From positions 12,524,001-12,588,000 of the forward strand of contig CM120640.1 in the NCBI GenBank assembly GCA_051362555.1: a DNA stretch of 64,000 nucleotides. The letters are read 5' to 3'. Positions within the stretch are counted from its first letter, which is position 1, and the number at the start of each line of letters is the position of its first letter. The notes under the pieces are model-generated. The model was not told the DNA's origin and made no database searches. It saw only the letters and a list, made by a program, of their open reading frames with translations. This DNA comes from Lingula anatina. Taxonomy: Eukaryota; Animalia; Brachiopoda. Position numbers and translations under genes: made by a program. This document shows positions 63,223 to 64,000 of this stretch, piece after piece.

Positions 63223-64000
63223 CTACAATCAGTAATAAAACCAAAATAAATGTCATGGTCAAAAAGTTTGACATTAAGACATTGAATAACATTCTAAAAA
63301 GTAAAGTAAAAACAACATGCCACATTTAAAAGCATCCATTTTTTTCTGAATATCTTAAATAAAGATTCAAAACAAAAACTAACACACAAAGCCCGTCAAA
63401 ACATTGAATTGTGAAACAAAAGAGAGTTCTACATGCACACCAACAAATGATCACTAAACTACATGCACAGCAACACCTGAATACTAAAATGTGATTGACA
63501 TATAATAGTATTCATTGTGTAGGACTTCAATACAGTATCAGATAAATCCACTTGTGAATTCAAGAAAAAAAACCATAAATTTTGTGCATCACTGAGCATG
63601 AACCTGATACAAAAACTTCATATCCAGTTAACACCACACATTCTTTTATAACAAAACATGTACAACAGACTTAAAAGATAGTGTTACAAGCGTGTGATAG
63701 TTGGACCCTATCCACCATAAAAAACACTTTTTTTTTCAGGTACATGTCAAAATGATGAATACTTTTCTTAATGCAAGAGAAATTTTTAATTGAAAAATTG
63801 GATATGCCTTTGAAAAAGCTGTGTTAGATACTTTGTAAACCTTTATTCAAAAATAAAAATTCACATGGATTCAGTTTTGCCAAAACTGAGGACATTTAAT
63901 CCTGAATTATCAACATATATAGATAAGTCACAATGATAATGCTTTCAATAATGGTATATTCAGAAGTATATGATACCATTCAGATATTAAAGTTTGGCTC

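Overview
AT-rich, intron-dense animal genomic DNA (probably an invertebrate; species not determinable), with no prokaryotic features. Five spliced genes alternate in orientation: NUP155 (-, runs off the left edge), RIMOC1/C5orf51 (+), DPH2 (-), SMC2 (+), and a very large minus-strand gene entering from the right edge. NUP155/RIMOC1 and DPH2/SMC2 are head-to-head pairs sharing short promoters. The most unusual element is the last gene: about 37 exons, phase-consistent at the junctions checked, join a JAKMIP-type region to a long coiled coil, a Pro-rich segment and an RIM-binding-protein-like SH3-FN3-SH3 tail (about 3,300 aa in the window), with hints of internal promoters. Other points are a clear U12-type intron in NUP155 and a GC-AG intron in SMC2. 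Transposons include a 5'-truncated RTEX-like LINE inserted in a RIMOC1 splice acceptor, a 3.4-kb foldback element, and MITEs with readable TIRs/TSDs, one with hairpin-within-TIR ends. There are also two local duplications of splice acceptors, a 43-bp inverted repeat between convergent 3' ends, and a perfect hairpin with a stop codon in its loop. All calls come from manual reading and remembered homologue motifs; no database search was run.
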